A DNA stretch of 64,000 bases, taken from assembly GCA_965217585.1 (NCBI GenBank), contig OZ244561.1:6368001-6432000 (forward strand). Direction: 5' to 3'. Below the pieces are notes generated by a model that was not told the origin of the DNA, did no database searches, and worked only from the letters and a program-made list of their open reading frames with translations. A program made the translations under genes and the position numbers. Origin of the DNA: Candidatus Latescibacterota bacterium (lineage in GTDB: Bacteria; Latescibacterota; UBA2968; UBA8231). Below, piece after piece: positions 28,271 through 39,014 of the stretch. Within the stretch, counting starts at the first letter, position 1. Each line of letters opens with the position of its first letter.

Positions 28271-29968
28271 ATGGCGTTTGATTACTTCACCATTCAGGCC
28301 CTCGCTCAGGAGCTGCGGGTGCGCTTGCAAGGGGCGGTCATCGAGCGGGCCTATGCCCAGCCTACGGAACTTGCCTTCGCGGTTGACGAGGGCGATTGGC
28401 TGTACGGCGCGAGCGGCAGGGAAGGATTGCTCTGCCTGCGGTGCGAGGCTTGGCCGCGGCCTTGGCGGGCGGGCGATGGCCCGGAAAAGTACTTGGTGCA
28501 GGCGCGGATCGTGGCCGTCGAAGCCGAGCGCCACGAGCGCATCTTGCGCTTGCGCCTAGAGCGCCGGGACCGCGACGGTCGCGCGAGCTTTGGCGTCTTA
28601 GTGTGCGAACTCATTCCCAACAAAGTGCGGTTTATTCTCCATCGCCAAACCGATGGCACGATTTTGGGCTACTGGGGAACAGCCAAGGACAAGTCACCCG
28701 TGGGCGCACCGTACCAGCCACCCGAGCCATCCGGCCGACTGCTGCCCGGTACGGACGCACCCAGTGCGTGGCGCGACCGGCTGGCGAGCGCGGATGCGGT
28801 CTTGGAAAAGGCAGCGAGGCGCTGGTTGGCCGGAGCAGACGCCTCGCTGGTGCGCGAGTTGATCTTCCGCAGCCAGGAGTGCGGGGCGCTTCCTGTCAGC
28901 AGTATTGCTGACACAGACGAGCCGGCCACAGCCTTGTGGACCGTGGCCACGGAGGCGTACACCAGCGCGGCGGCTGGCCGCAGCTACGTGTGGCAAGAGG
29001 CGGGCCGGTTCCACTTTTCCGCCCTTGAACCGCGTCGTTTACAAGGGGCCTACGAGCAGTTTGACGCGGTCAGCGCAGGGATATGGGCGGCGTGCCAAAA
29101 GGAGCGGGCACAGCGCCGGGCGCAGCGGGCGCAGCAACAGATCCGCAGGCGGCTGGTCCAAACTTTGAAAAATGCTCGGCGGCGTTTGGCCGCCATGCAG
29201 GTCGAATTCGACGAGGCCACGCGTGCCGAGGAGTACAAGCGAAAGGGCCACGCGCTATGGGCCAACATGGGGCAGCTATCCGGTCGGCCCGCGCAAGTAG
29301 AGTTGGCCGACCTCTTCGATTCAGAGGGGGAATCGACCCTGTCGATTGACTTGGATGCAAACCGCAGCTTGGCGGAAAACGCCGCATCCTATCTAAAGAC
29401 CGCGCAAAAATACGAGCGTCGCCAACAAGTCCTGCCGCAGCGCTTAGCCGAGCTCGGCCGCCAGTGTGCCCAATACGAGGATTGGATCGGCGCGGTGGAT
29501 GCCGGTACTTGGGAAACTAACGACGCGCTACAAAAATGGTTGGAGAGTAAGGTGACAAGCACCGGCAAAATGGCAAGCAAGCAGCCCCAGGCCCATCCCC
29601 GGCGCTATAGGACATCTACGGGGTGGTCGGTGTGGGCCGGGCGCAACAACAAGGAAAACGACGTGCTGACGCACAAAATGTCCGCCCAAAACGATCTGTG
29701 GTTTCACGCCCGGGGGTACTCAGGCTCGCACGTCGTCCTCCGGAGCGAAGGCCGCAAAGAAGCCCCCAGCAAGCAGACGATTGAAGAGGCCGCGGCCTTA
29801 GCCGCGTATTGGAGCAAGGGCAAGACAGCGAAAAAGGTCTCCGTGGCGTACACCATGGTAAAACACGTCACCAAGCCGCGTGGAGGCGCGCCCGGGCAGG
29901 CGCTGTTGCGCCGCGAGAAAACAATCATCGTGGAGCCGGCCTTGTTAAAGAAAGAATTAGCTGAATAG
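28271..29968 (+). CDS. rqcH: NFACT/RqcH (FbpA-like) ribosome quality-control protein
   Basis: MAFDYF N-terminus, ENA..Y, GRNNKENDVLT, DLWFHARGYSGSHVVL, AAYWSK, KPRGGAPG. Confidence 0.85.
   Translation: MAFDYFTIQALAQELRVRLQGAVIERAYAQPTELAFAVDEGDWLYGASGREGLLCLRCEAWPRPWRAGDGPEKYLVQARIVAVEAERHERILRLRLERRDRDGRASFGVLVCELIPNKVRFILHRQTDGTILGYWGTAKDKSPVGAPYQPPEPSGRLLPGTDAPSAWRDRLASADAVLEKAARRWLAGADASLVRELIFRSQECGALPVSSIADTDEPATALWTVATEAYTSAAAGRSYVWQEAGRFHFSALEPRRLQGAYEQFDAVSAGIWAACQKERAQRRAQRAQQQIRRRLVQTLKNARRRLAAMQVEFDEATRAEEYKRKGHALWANMGQLSGRPAQVELADLFDSEGESTLSIDLDANRSLAENAASYLKTAQKYERRQQVLPQRLAELGRQCAQYEDWIGAVDAGTWETNDALQKWLESKVTSTGKMASKQPQAHPRRYRTSTGWSVWAGRNNKENDVLTHKMSAQNDLWFHARGYSGSHVVLRSEGRKEAPSKQTIEEAAALAAYWSKGKTAKKVSVAYTMVKHVTKPRGGAPGQALLRREKTIIVEPALLKKELAE
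28894..28913. repeat. family II-like palindrome in-frame in rqcH
   Basis: TGTCAGCA-GTAT-TGCTGACA. Confidence 0.4.
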
Positions 29969-29993
29969 TCATATAATCTATAATATGTCAAAT
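29966..29993 (+). other. dif/XerCD-like site A
   Basis: TAGTCATATAA-TCTATA-ATATGTCAAAT; contains the rqcH stop and the miaA ATG. Confidence 0.7.
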
Positions 29994-30958
29994 AAATCTC
30001 TCATCCTAATCACCGGACCCACCGCCACAGGCAAAACAGAAATAGCCCTCAAAACAGCCCAACACTTGCCCAAAGTGGAAATCATCTCGGCAGACTCGCG
30101 GCAAATCTACCGCTACATGGACATCGGCACGGCCAAGCCAACCGCTGAACAGCAGAACCAATGCGCCCATCACTTGCTCGATGTGCTCGGTCCCGAGGAA
30201 AACTACAGCGCGGGAGCGTATGCTCGAGCCGCGCGGCGTATCGTTGGGCAGATTTGGAACAGGGGGGGGCTGCCCGTCATGGTGGGAGGGACGGGCCTGT
30301 ACTGGCAGAGTGCATTGGACGGCTGCTTTGAGACGACTTCACCGCGACTTTAGGCGCGACAACCGAATACGCGCCGATCCGCGCCGAATTGCAAAATCGC
30401 CTGCATTGCGAGGGTCTTGCATCCCTATATGAGGAGTTGGGTCGTTGGGATCCGGTGGCGCAAGCGCGTTTGCAGCCGGGCGATGCGCAGCGGATCCTGC
30501 GGGCGTTGGAGGTAGCGCTGGCCGGAAAGAGCACGCTCAGCGCACTATGGCGGGAACGCAAAGGGCGGCCCCTTGTGCAGCAGCCGCAGATGATCAGCCT
30601 GACCATGGCGCGCAGCCGGCTCTATGAGCGGATCGACAAGCGGGTCGAGCAGATGGTGGAACGGGGATGGGTCGAGGAAGTCCGCGCCTTGCGTGAAAAG
30701 GGATACGATCCAGGTGCCAGCGCCTTGGGAACCCTAGGCTATCTCGAAATGTGCAGTGCGCTGGCAGGGCATTGCCCTTGGAAGGAAGCCGTTGAGCGAA
30801 CCAAACAGCGCACCCGCCACTTGGCCAAACGACAAATGACCTGGTGCCGCCGCGACCGTCGCTTGCGCGAATTAGACCTCGACGTATGGGGAAAGGCCGG
30901 CGTCGTCCAGCGCATCGTCGTCGGGTGGGAGTATCGATGGGGCAGTAGGCTGGGTTGA
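29985..30958 (+). pseudogene. miaA: tRNA dimethylallyltransferase, frameshifted (29985-30353 plus ~30359-30958)
   Basis: GPTATGKT, SADSRQIYRYMDIGTAKP and VGGTGLY in one frame; QRILRALEV, LGY and AKRQMTW in another. Could be an assembly error. Confidence 0.85.
30333..30364 (+). repeat. family I element at the miaA frameshift
   Basis: ACGACTTCACCGCGACTTTAGGCGCGACAACC; aligns with the copies at 2503 and 49400. Confidence 0.6.
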
Positions 30959-30983
30959 CAGCGGTTGGGGCCTCTCCTACCTT
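30955..30983 (+). promoter_or_regulatory. sigma70-like promoter for tRNA-Gly
   Basis: TTGACA, 17 bp, TACCTT. Confidence 0.6.
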
Positions 30984-30998
30984 AGGACCGCAAAATTA

Positions 30999-31073
30999 GC
31001 GGGAGTAGCTCAGGGGTAGAGCGCAAGCTTCCCAAGCTTGATGTCGCGGGTTCGATTCCCGTCTCCCGCTCCA
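30999..31073 (+). tRNA. tRNA-Gly (anticodon CCC)
   Basis: Full cloverleaf: acceptor GCGGGAG/CTCCCGC, anticodon arm CAAGC-TTCCCAA-GCTTG, TTCGATT loop, encoded CCA. Confidence 0.97.
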
Positions 31074-31074
31074 T

Positions 31075-31110
31075 AATCCGCCTGGCCAACTTGGTCGGGC
31101 GGATTTTTTA
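31075..31110 (+). terminator. intrinsic terminator after tRNA-Gly
   Basis: AATCCGCCTGGCCAA-C-TTGGTCGGGCGGATT followed by a T tract. Confidence 0.75.
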
Positions 31111-31211
31111 TTTCTTCCCAAGGTATTGCCGCCAGCGTAATATCCATATACCTTTACCGATAGAACATCTTGCCCCACACTATGATACGTAGATTAATTG
31201 CTTAGTTCACT

Positions 31212-32570
31212 ATGGTTGTCGTAAAACAGATTGAGCCCAACAGCCTCGGCGCACGTGCGGGATTTTGCATTGGCGATCGCATTTTGCGCATCAATGGCGA
31301 AGAAGTGCGCGATTTGATCGACGTTCAGGTCAGCAGCGCCGAGGAAGTGATCTGCGTAGAAATCGAGCGCGGCAAAGATCTGTACGAGGCCGAAATTGAG
31401 CGCCGGAGCGGCGAGTCCTTAGGGCTCGTCTTCGAGGATATGCGCTTGCGTAGCTGCAATAACAAATGCGTCTTCTGCTTTATCCACCAAATGCCCAAGG
31501 GCATGCGGCGCAGCCTGTATTTTGAGGACGACGATTTTCGACTCTCCTTTCTCCACGGCTCGTACGTGACCCTGACCAATGTCCGCGAAAGCGATATTGA
31601 CCGCATCATTGAACAAGGGCTAACGCCGCAATACATCTCAGTCCACGCGACCGACCCCGAGCTGAGGCAAGTCATGCTCGGGCGCACGAAGGCGACTGTA
31701 GATATCAACGAGCGCTTGCGCAAACTAGCCACCAACGGCATTGAAATGCACACCCAGGTCGTGCTCTGCCCGGGCTGGAACGACGGGCCGCACCTAGAGC
31801 GCACGGTGGCCGATCTGTCGGCGTACTATCCTGCGGTCCGCTCGGTGGCACTCGTGCCGGTGGGGCTGACCGATCATCGGCACAAGCTCGTCCAGCTCGA
31901 TCCGGTGACCCCGGCTAAGGCCGCTGAGTACGTGGCCGCAGCCGAAGCGTGGGGCTTGCAATTCAAAGCGCGTTTTGGCGAGCGGTTCGTCTATCCGGCG
32001 GACGAGATCTTCCTGCTGACGGGTCGGCCTCTGCCAGAGGCGTCGTATTACGATGCGTTTCCCCAGCTAGAAAACGGCATCGGCATGGTCCGCTCCTTTC
32101 TCGACACTTGGGACGGGGCCAGCAAGAGGCTGCCGATCCGCACTGCCGAGGCCGTGCGGATCGGCCTGCTGACCGGGCGCTTGGCCGAGCGAATCCTCGT
32201 GCCCCTAGTGGCTAGGCTGAATGCCATTGAGAACGTACAGATCGATCTCCTGCCGGTAGATAACGACTTTTTCGGCCACGGCATCACCGTGTCGGGCCTG
32301 CTGACGGGCCGTGATATGGTGGCGAGCGCGCGCGACGGAATCCAGCGGGATTTGGTCTTGCTGCCGCCCAATTGCGTCAATGGCGAGGGCCTGACGCTGG
32401 ACGACATGACCGTGCCTCAACTTGCGGAAGAGGTCGGCGTCCCCCTCGCGGTAGGGGGGTACGACTTGGTCGAATCGCTCGAGCGCTTTTGGGCTGATCG
32501 GCACGTGAAAGTGCAAGGGGAGGGGCGGCAGCTAACCGAGCTGGGTTATTACATAGGGCGCGAAAAATGA
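31212..32570 (+). CDS. PDZ + radical-SAM-like DUF512 protein
   Basis: PDZ-like N-terminus, CNNKCVFCF (CxxxCxxC), DDDFRLSF, YISVHATDP, QLENGIG. Confidence 0.88.
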   Translation: MVVVKQIEPNSLGARAGFCIGDRILRINGEEVRDLIDVQVSSAEEVICVEIERGKDLYEAEIERRSGESLGLVFEDMRLRSCNNKCVFCFIHQMPKGMRRSLYFEDDDFRLSFLHGSYVTLTNVRESDIDRIIEQGLTPQYISVHATDPELRQVMLGRTKATVDINERLRKLATNGIEMHTQVVLCPGWNDGPHLERTVADLSAYYPAVRSVALVPVGLTDHRHKLVQLDPVTPAKAAEYVAAAEAWGLQFKARFGERFVYPADEIFLLTGRPLPEASYYDAFPQLENGIGMVRSFLDTWDGASKRLPIRTAEAVRIGLLTGRLAERILVPLVARLNAIENVQIDLLPVDNDFFGHGITVSGLLTGRDMVASARDGIQRDLVLLPPNCVNGEGLTLDDMTVPQLAEEVGVPLAVGGYDLVESLERFWADRHVKVQGEGRQLTELGYYIGREK

Positions 32571-33922
32571 GCACCCAAACCGTCGAGAGCCATCGCCGGC
32601 CCATCGTGGCGATTGTCGGGCGCCCCAACGTGGGCAAATCGACCCTTTTCAACCGCATCTTGGGGACCCGGTGGGCCATAACCGACGGCCAGCCCGGGGT
32701 CACGCGCGATCAGATATTCGCCGCGGCCGAATGGGGAGGGCGGTCCTTCACTTTGGTGGATACGGGGGGCTATATGCCCAGTGCCAAAGATGCGCTATCC
32801 ACGGCCGTGTTCTCCCAAGCGGCAAAGGCACTGGCAGAAGCGGATATAGCGATTTTTCTTTGCGACGGGACCACGGGAGTGACCGATCTCGACCAAGAGA
32901 TGGGGGCCATGCTACGCAACGGAGGTGGGAAGTGCTTGCTGGTCGTCAACAAGGTCGATGGGGTGGGGCCGGTTGCTTCGCTCGACGAATTCTATCGGCT
33001 CGGCTTGGGGGATCCCCTGCCGGTTTCAGCCGTTACCGGGCGGCGTTCCGGAGACCTACTCGACGCGCTCATTGCGCTCTTCGACGAGGCCGGGGTTTAT
33101 GGGTCGGAATGGGACGAGGAGGCGATTCGGGTCGCTTTGGTCGGTCGGCCCAACGTGGGCAAATCCACGCTGATCAACCGCCTCGCAGGCTATCAGGTTT
33201 CCATCGTTCACGACCGGCCCGGTACGACCCGGGACCCAACCCAACTGCGCTTGGCTTGGCAGGATAACCACCTGCTGTTCGTGGATACGGCCGGTTTGCG
33301 GAGGCGATCTAAGGTCGATGATCCGGTGGAATTCTACAGCACGCGCCGGGCGGCCAACAGCATCACTCAAGCCGATGTGGCGGTCGTTCTCCTAGATAGC
33401 GCCGAGGGGTGGGTCATGCAGGACGCCCGCATCATGGAGCAGGTGATAAAGTCTGGATGCGGCTTGGTGGTGGCGATCAATAAATGGGATTTAGTCGCCG
33501 AGAAAACCGCAGCCGAGTACCGCCGCGAGCTGCGCGACCGCTATCCTTTTTTGCGCGACTATCCGGTGCTGTGCATATCGGGCTTGACCGGGCGGCGGGT
33601 TCATAAGTGTCTCGAAGTGGTGGCCGCGGTGGGCAACAAGCGCCGGACGAGGATTCCCACCGCGCGCTTGAATAAGATCATTCAGCAACTCTCCGGCGAG
33701 TACTTGGCGACTCAAGATGGCCGAGATATCCGCCTACTTTACGCCACCCAACACGCGATCAACCCGCCGGCGTTTACAATCTTTACGAATCTGCCCCGCT
33801 CCGTGCCGGGGAATTATCGACGCCACATCGAAAATCGACTGAGGTCGGAGTTTGATTTCGAGGGAACGCCCTTACGCATCGTCTGGCGTCGTCGCAAGGG
33901 GTACAGGGAAATGCGATCGTGA
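32567..33922 (+). CDS. der: ribosome biogenesis GTPase Der
   Basis: Two GRPNVGKST G-domains, DTGG/DTAG, NKVD/NKWD, FDFEGTP. Confidence 0.96.
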   Translation: MSTQTVESHRRPIVAIVGRPNVGKSTLFNRILGTRWAITDGQPGVTRDQIFAAAEWGGRSFTLVDTGGYMPSAKDALSTAVFSQAAKALAEADIAIFLCDGTTGVTDLDQEMGAMLRNGGGKCLLVVNKVDGVGPVASLDEFYRLGLGDPLPVSAVTGRRSGDLLDALIALFDEAGVYGSEWDEEAIRVALVGRPNVGKSTLINRLAGYQVSIVHDRPGTTRDPTQLRLAWQDNHLLFVDTAGLRRRSKVDDPVEFYSTRRAANSITQADVAVVLLDSAEGWVMQDARIMEQVIKSGCGLVVAINKWDLVAEKTAAEYRRELRDRYPFLRDYPVLCISGLTGRRVHKCLEVVAAVGNKRRTRIPTARLNKIIQQLSGEYLATQDGRDIRLLYATQHAINPPAFTIFTNLPRSVPGNYRRHIENRLRSEFDFEGTPLRIVWRRRKGYREMRS

Positions 33923-34341
33923 AGAACCCATTGCAAAACAAGCTGTATTACAGCATCAGCGAAGTCGCAGAACTCACACAGCTGCAACCCTACACGCTCA
34001 GGGCGTGGGAGAAGGAGTTTGCCTGTTTGCGGCCGCGGCGAGCGCGCGGTGGGAAAAACAGGGCCTATAGGGAGCGCGATATAGGGATCATCCTATTGCT
34101 CAAACGCCTCCTCTACGAGGAGCGCTACACGACGCAGGGCGTAAAGAAGAAGCTCAAAGACGAACCCGAGCTCCTGAGTCAGGTCGGAGAGCAAGTACCT
34201 GTTTTGCGCGCTAAACAGCAGAGCAGTCCCGCTCCAGTAGTGGAGCGGACGGACCTCGAAACCGCACAGAACCGGGAGGCCGCATTCAGAATGATCAAAG
34301 AGGCCAAAAAGGAGTTGCGCGAGATTTTGCGCTTTCTCTAG
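33919..34341 (+). CDS. MerR-family HTH regulator
   Basis: KLYYSISEVA, LRAWEKEF, LLYEERYT. Confidence 0.88.
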   Translation: MKNPLQNKLYYSISEVAELTQLQPYTLRAWEKEFACLRPRRARGGKNRAYRERDIGIILLLKRLLYEERYTTQGVKKKLKDEPELLSQVGEQVPVLRAKQQSSPAPVVERTDLETAQNREAAFRMIKEAKKELREILRFL

Positions 34342-34412
34342 CGTTGGCATTTGGCGGGGGCTGTTAAGTCGTCTTGCCTAAATCAATATAATCCCATATT
34401 TTATAATCCCAG

Positions 34413-34437
34413 AGTGGGCGTCATAGCCCACTTTTTT
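34413..34437 (+). promoter_or_regulatory. rimP leader hairpin/attenuator
   Basis: AGTGGGC-GTCATA-GCCCACT-TTTTT directly before rimP, as commonly seen upstream of rimP-nusA. Confidence 0.65.
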
Positions 34438-34438
34438 C

Positions 34439-34909
34439 TTGAGGGAGAAAGCGCGTATTTCCGCCGTAGATAAATTCGCATTAAAGGCCGATATAGTAGT
34501 TCTTGTCGAACCCATTATCCGCGAGCACGAGGCTGAACTCGTCGATATCGAACTCAGCGGTGCCCAAGGCAATCAACTAGTCCGATTATTGGTTCACAAA
34601 AACTGCGGCATAACGCTGGCCACCTGTGAGTTAATCAGTCGCGAAGTGGCCGATCTTTTCGACATAGAAGATCCCATTGCCGGACGGTATCGACTCGAAG
34701 TTACCTCGCCGGGATTGGACCGGCCCCTAGAGACCGATGGGGATTTCACCCGTGCCCGTGGCCGTTTGCTAAAAGTCGTGCTCACGTCCGGCCGAGTTGT
34801 CAAAGGTCGGCTGGTCGCTTGGGAAGCCGACCAGATTCAGCTCGACAGCCCAGCCGAGTCCGTGGCGCGGGCCGATATTGCTAAAGCCAACATCGAACCA
34901 GAATTGTAA
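34439..34909 (+). CDS. rimP: ribosome maturation factor RimP
   Basis: YRLEVTSPGLDRPL; synteny with nusA-infB. Start uncertain. Confidence 0.92.
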   Translation: MREKARISAVDKFALKADIVVLVEPIIREHEAELVDIELSGAQGNQLVRLLVHKNCGITLATCELISREVADLFDIEDPIAGRYRLEVTSPGLDRPLETDGDFTRARGRLLKVVLTSGRVVKGRLVAWEADQIQLDSPAESVARADIAKANIEPEL

Positions 34910-34932
34910 GCAGCGAAGGTCGAGCAAAAAAC

Positions 34933-36339
34933 ATGAATAACGCGAACATTGTCGAAGCCTTGGGGCAGATTGCCCGCGAAAAAAACGTCGACCGAGAATT
35001 GGTGGTGCAAACCCTCGTCGACGCCCTGATTTCCGCCGCCAAGAGGCACTACGGCAATACCGAGAATTACGAAGTTGACATCGACGCGGCCCAAGGCAGG
35101 ATGGCCGTGTACGCCCGCAAGACCGTCGTCGAAGAAGTGGTCGAGCCGTCCATGGAGATTCTCCTCGCCGACGCCCGCGACATCGACCCCCATGCCCAAC
35201 TAGGCTCCGTGCTGGTGCAGCAGCTCAATTTCGCCGACTTTGGCCGCAACGCCATACAGACCGCAAAGCAAATTCTCATTCAGCGGGTCCGTGAAGCCGA
35301 GCGCGAGCGGATATACGACGAATTTATCAGCCGGGTTGGCCTCGTCGAATCCGGTACCGTACAGCAGATCAGCCACGGCGACATCGTCCTCAACCTCGGA
35401 CGGGCCGAGGCGGCCGTTCCATACAAAGAGCAAATCCGCCGCGAGCGTTACCGCCAAGGCGATGCCGTGCGGGGCTATATATACGAAGTGCTCAAGTCGA
35501 GCCGGGGGCCTCAGGTCTTACTCTCCCGCACTCGGCCCGAATTCCTCAGGAAGCTCTTTGCCACGGAAGTGCCGGAGATAGCCGAAGGTATCGTCGATAT
35601 TCACGGCGTGGCCCGCGAGCCAGGTGAGCGGGCAAAGATCGCGGTCAGTAGCAGTGATGAACGCGTCGATCCGGTGGGGGCCTGTGTCGGGGTGAAGGGG
35701 TCGCGGGTGCAAGCCATCGTCAGAGAATTGAGCGGCGAGCGCATAGATATCGTTCCTTGGATCGACGAGCCGGATATATTCATAAGCCGGGCGCTAAGCC
35801 CGGCCACTGTGGTGCGCTGCATCACGGATTCGCGCCGCCGGCACGCCGTCGTGCTCGTCGAAGAAGATCAGTTATCGCTGGCCATTGGCAAGGGCGGACA
35901 AAATACCAAACTCGCCAGCCAGCTCACGGGTTGGGGTCTCGATATCATCACCGACGAGCAATACCAAGAGCGCCGCGCCAAGCAGGAGAAGTACCAGCAA
36001 GTATTCCGCCAGATAGATGGTATTAGCGAACTGATTGCCCTGAGTTTGACCACATCCGGTTTCGACTCCATTGCCTCGGTCGCCGAGGCCGATTTGGAGC
36101 TATTGCAGACCGTGCCAGGCCTAGAGCTAGCCGAAACCGCCCACGGGATAAAGGCGGCAGCAGCAGCGTATCTTGCCGAACACGGCGAGGTCGATATCGA
36201 GGCATTGGTCGCTGCTGAGGGGGAAGAGGCCGCTGAGCAAGAGAAGGAAGAGATGGCTGAACAAGAGGGGGAAGAAGTGCTCGCCACGCCCGCTGCGGGC
36301 ACGAGTGGAGAAGATGAGGCAGACCAAAGGGCCGAGTAG
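34933..36339 (+). CDS. nusA: transcription factor NusA
   Basis: FGRNAIQTAKQ, AREPGERAKIAV, VDPVGACVGVKGSRV, LAIGKGGQN. Confidence 0.97.
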   Translation: MNNANIVEALGQIAREKNVDRELVVQTLVDALISAAKRHYGNTENYEVDIDAAQGRMAVYARKTVVEEVVEPSMEILLADARDIDPHAQLGSVLVQQLNFADFGRNAIQTAKQILIQRVREAERERIYDEFISRVGLVESGTVQQISHGDIVLNLGRAEAAVPYKEQIRRERYRQGDAVRGYIYEVLKSSRGPQVLLSRTRPEFLRKLFATEVPEIAEGIVDIHGVAREPGERAKIAVSSSDERVDPVGACVGVKGSRVQAIVRELSGERIDIVPWIDEPDIFISRALSPATVVRCITDSRRRHAVVLVEEDQLSLAIGKGGQNTKLASQLTGWGLDIITDEQYQERRAKQEKYQQVFRQIDGISELIALSLTTSGFDSIASVAEADLELLQTVPGLELAETAHGIKAAAAAYLAEHGEVDIEALVAAEGEEAAEQEKEEMAEQEGEEVLATPAAGTSGEDEADQRAE

Positions 36340-36355
36340 CTGAGGGAGTAGGTTT

Positions 36356-38710
36356 TTGGAAAAGCGCCGGGTTTATCAAGTAGCCAAAGAACAGAAGCTA
36401 TCCAGCGATGCGCTCATATCCATGCTCAAGGGCATGGATATGGAAGTCAGAAGCCATATGAGCGTAGTTACGCCCGAGATGCTGGAGGCGATCAACCGCA
36501 AGCTGGCTGAAGAGAAGAAGAGCTCGATAGAGGAAGTAAAGCGGCAGAAGGCCAAAGAAGATAGCCGCAAACAGGCCGATGGCTCCCGGCCCGAGCGCCG
36601 CGAAAAGGGGCCGGGGACCCGCAAAAAGAGCACCGGGGAGGTAGCCGGGGAGCGCACCGCGCCGCTGCCCGATAAGGCCGAAGGAGGTCGTCGTCGCGGC
36701 CGCCGCCGCGGCAAGGGCCAGGAAGGCTTGGAAAGCGTCCGCGAGGAATTGGGCGAAAAGCGGGAAGTAACCGCTCAGGCCAATTTGCCTGGAGCGCCTA
36801 CAAAGCGCCGACGGGGGAAGCGGCGCAAAGGGACGCCCGACGCCAAGGCCGTCCAAGAAAGCGTGCGGCGGACCTTGAGTCAGCTCAACGAAGGCCGGGT
36901 GCGCCGCCGCTATGAGCGCGGGCCGCGTGAAGACGGCGCCGGGGAAGATGGTGAGATTCGCCAGATCAAGGTCAGCGAGTTTATCACGCTCGGTGAATTT
37001 GCCGAACAAGTCGGCGTCAAGGTCAGCGAAGTGATCGCCCTGTGTCTGCAAATGGGCGCAATGGCGACCATCAATCAACGCCTCGATATGGACACCATGC
37101 AGACGCTGGCCGACGAGTTGGGCTGCGAAGTGATCCCGCTGGAGGCCGAAGAAGTCGAGTTGGAAGAGATCGTCGAGGAGGAAGAGATCGGCGAACCCGA
37201 GCCGCGTCCGCCGGTCGTCACCGTCATGGGCCACGTCGATCACGGCAAAACCTCGTTGCTCGACTACTTGCGCGAAAGCAAGGTGGCCGAAGGCGAGTCT
37301 GGAGGCATTACCCAGCACATCGGGGCGTACGTGATCAACATGGAAGACGGTCGCGGTGTGACGTTTCTCGACACCCCAGGGCACGCGGCCTTTACGGCGA
37401 TGCGGGCCCGCGGTTCAAGGGTAACCGACATCGTGATTTTGGTGGTGGCGGCTGACGACAGCGTTATGCCGCAAACCATTGAAGCGATCGACCACGCCAA
37501 GGCTGCGCAGGTTCCCTTAGTCGTCGCGATCAACAAAATAGACTTACCTACGGCCGACCCAGACAAAATCAAGCGGGAGCTGGCAGAAAGGGGGGTCTTA
37601 GTCGAAGAGTGGGGAGGCCAAGTTCCCTGCGGCGAAATTTCCGCCAAGACCGGACAGGGCATAGATCACTTGCTGGAAATTCTCCTCATCGTGGCCGAGT
37701 TGCTTGAGTTGCAAGCCAACCCCTATAAGAAAGCCCGTGGGACGATCGTCGAAGCCCACCTCGACAAGGGGCGGGGCCCCGTGGCTACGGTCTTGGTGCA
37801 AGAGGGGACGCTCCGCGTCGGTGAGCCTTTTATTACCGGAGTCTACAGCGGCAGGATTCGCGCCCTTCTCGACGAGCATGGTCAACGCGTCCAAGAAGCG
37901 AAACCCTCCGTGCCCGTCCAGGTGCTCGGGTTGCCCGGGGTCCCGCAAGCTGGGGATGTTTTCGCCGTTGCCAATTCCGAGCGCGAGGCCAAGGACCTGA
38001 GCCAGCGGCGGCAGCTCATCAAGCGCGAGCAGGATCACCGCAAGCTGCGCACGGTCACGCTCAGCGATTTACATGATCAGATCCAGCAGGGCCACATCCA
38101 AGAACTGCGGGTGGTGGTCAAAGGCGATGTCGATGGGTCGGTCGAGGCCATAGCCGAAGAGCTGGGCCGCATAACCCACGAAGAAGTGCGGGTTAACGTC
38201 ATTCACAGCGCGGTGGGGGCCATCTCGGAATCGGATGTGCTGCTGGCGGCGGCCTCCAGCGCCATTTTGCTCGGTTTTCACGTAAGCACCCAACCCTCTG
38301 CCCGCGACCTCGCCGCACAGGAGGGCGTGGAAATTCGCAACTACCGGATCATCTACGAGGTCATCGAGGATGTGCGGGCCGCCTTGGCTGGCCTCTTGGC
38401 CCCGACGACCGAAGAACAGGTGGTCGGTCGAGCCGAAATCCGCCAAATCTTTACTTCGTCCCGCATGGGGACTATCGGCGGTTGTTTGGTGCAAGACGGC
38501 ACCATCGCCCGCAGCAATCAGGTGCGGATTTTGCGCGATGGCCAAGTCGTCTTTACCGGGGAGCTTACCTCGTTGCGGCGGTTCAAGGACGACGTGCGGG
38601 AGGTCTCCGAGGGATTCGAGTGCGGTATGGGCTTTGCGGGGTTCGACGACATCGCAGAAGGCGATATCGTCGAGTCCCTTGTTGTAGTGGAGACCGAGCG
38701 GACGCTCTAG
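36356..38710 (+). CDS. infB: translation initiation factor IF-2
   Basis: [42 protein letters not shown]. Confidence 0.97.
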   Translation: MEKRRVYQVAKEQKLSSDALISMLKGMDMEVRSHMSVVTPEMLEAINRKLAEEKKSSIEEVKRQKAKEDSRKQADGSRPERREKGPGTRKKSTGEVAGERTAPLPDKAEGGRRRGRRRGKGQEGLESVREELGEKREVTAQANLPGAPTKRRRGKRRKGTPDAKAVQESVRRTLSQLNEGRVRRRYERGPREDGAGEDGEIRQIKVSEFITLGEFAEQVGVKVSEVIALCLQMGAMATINQRLDMDTMQTLADELGCEVIPLEAEEVELEEIVEEEEIGEPEPRPPVVTVMGHVDHGKTSLLDYLRESKVAEGESGGITQHIGAYVINMEDGRGVTFLDTPGHAAFTAMRARGSRVTDIVILVVAADDSVMPQTIEAIDHAKAAQVPLVVAINKIDLPTADPDKIKRELAERGVLVEEWGGQVPCGEISAKTGQGIDHLLEILLIVAELLELQANPYKKARGTIVEAHLDKGRGPVATVLVQEGTLRVGEPFITGVYSGRIRALLDEHGQRVQEAKPSVPVQVLGLPGVPQAGDVFAVANSEREAKDLSQRRQLIKREQDHRKLRTVTLSDLHDQIQQGHIQELRVVVKGDVDGSVEAIAEELGRITHEEVRVNVIHSAVGAISESDVLLAAASSAILLGFHVSTQPSARDLAAQEGVEIRNYRIIYEVIEDVRAALAGLLAPTTEEQVVGRAEIRQIFTSSRMGTIGGCLVQDGTIARSNQVRILRDGQVVFTGELTSLRRFKDDVREVSEGFECGMGFAGFDDIAEGDIVESLVVVETERTL

Positions 38711-38726
38711 CGGCGGTTGACTTGTT

Positions 38727-39008
38727 TTGATCGTTATGAGCTGTGCGGTGCAAATCTATATCGGCGATAGCCATTCACTCAAAGACAAGCGGCGAGTCCT
38801 CAACAGCCTCAAGGAGCGCATCCGCAACCGCTTTAACGCGGCCGTGGCCGAAGTAGATGACCACGCGCTTTGGCAGCGGGCGGTGCTGGGGATTGCCGTG
38901 GTGAGTTCGGCCGTTGAACACTGCGACGAGATGCTAACCAAAATCGTCAACTTCGTCGAAGGCGATCCCCGGGTGCATATCCTCGACTACCAAATGGAAG
39001 TACACTGA
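38727..39008 (+). CDS. DUF503 (YlxP-like) protein
   Basis: SLKDKRRV, RFNAAVAEV, LWQRAVLG; conserved position. Confidence 0.88.
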   Translation: MIVMSCAVQIYIGDSHSLKDKRRVLNSLKERIRNRFNAAVAEVDDHALWQRAVLGIAVVSSAVEHCDEMLTKIVNFVEGDPRVHILDYQMEVH

Positions 39009-39014
39009 GCGCAG

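Noticed and set aside
30351-30353. TAG read-through or pyrrolysine in miaA
   Set aside because: The downstream half is in a different frame, so read-through would not restore the protein.
30999-31212. tRNA-Gly as an integration site for an island
   Set aside because: No duplicated tRNA 3' end was seen and core genes follow directly.
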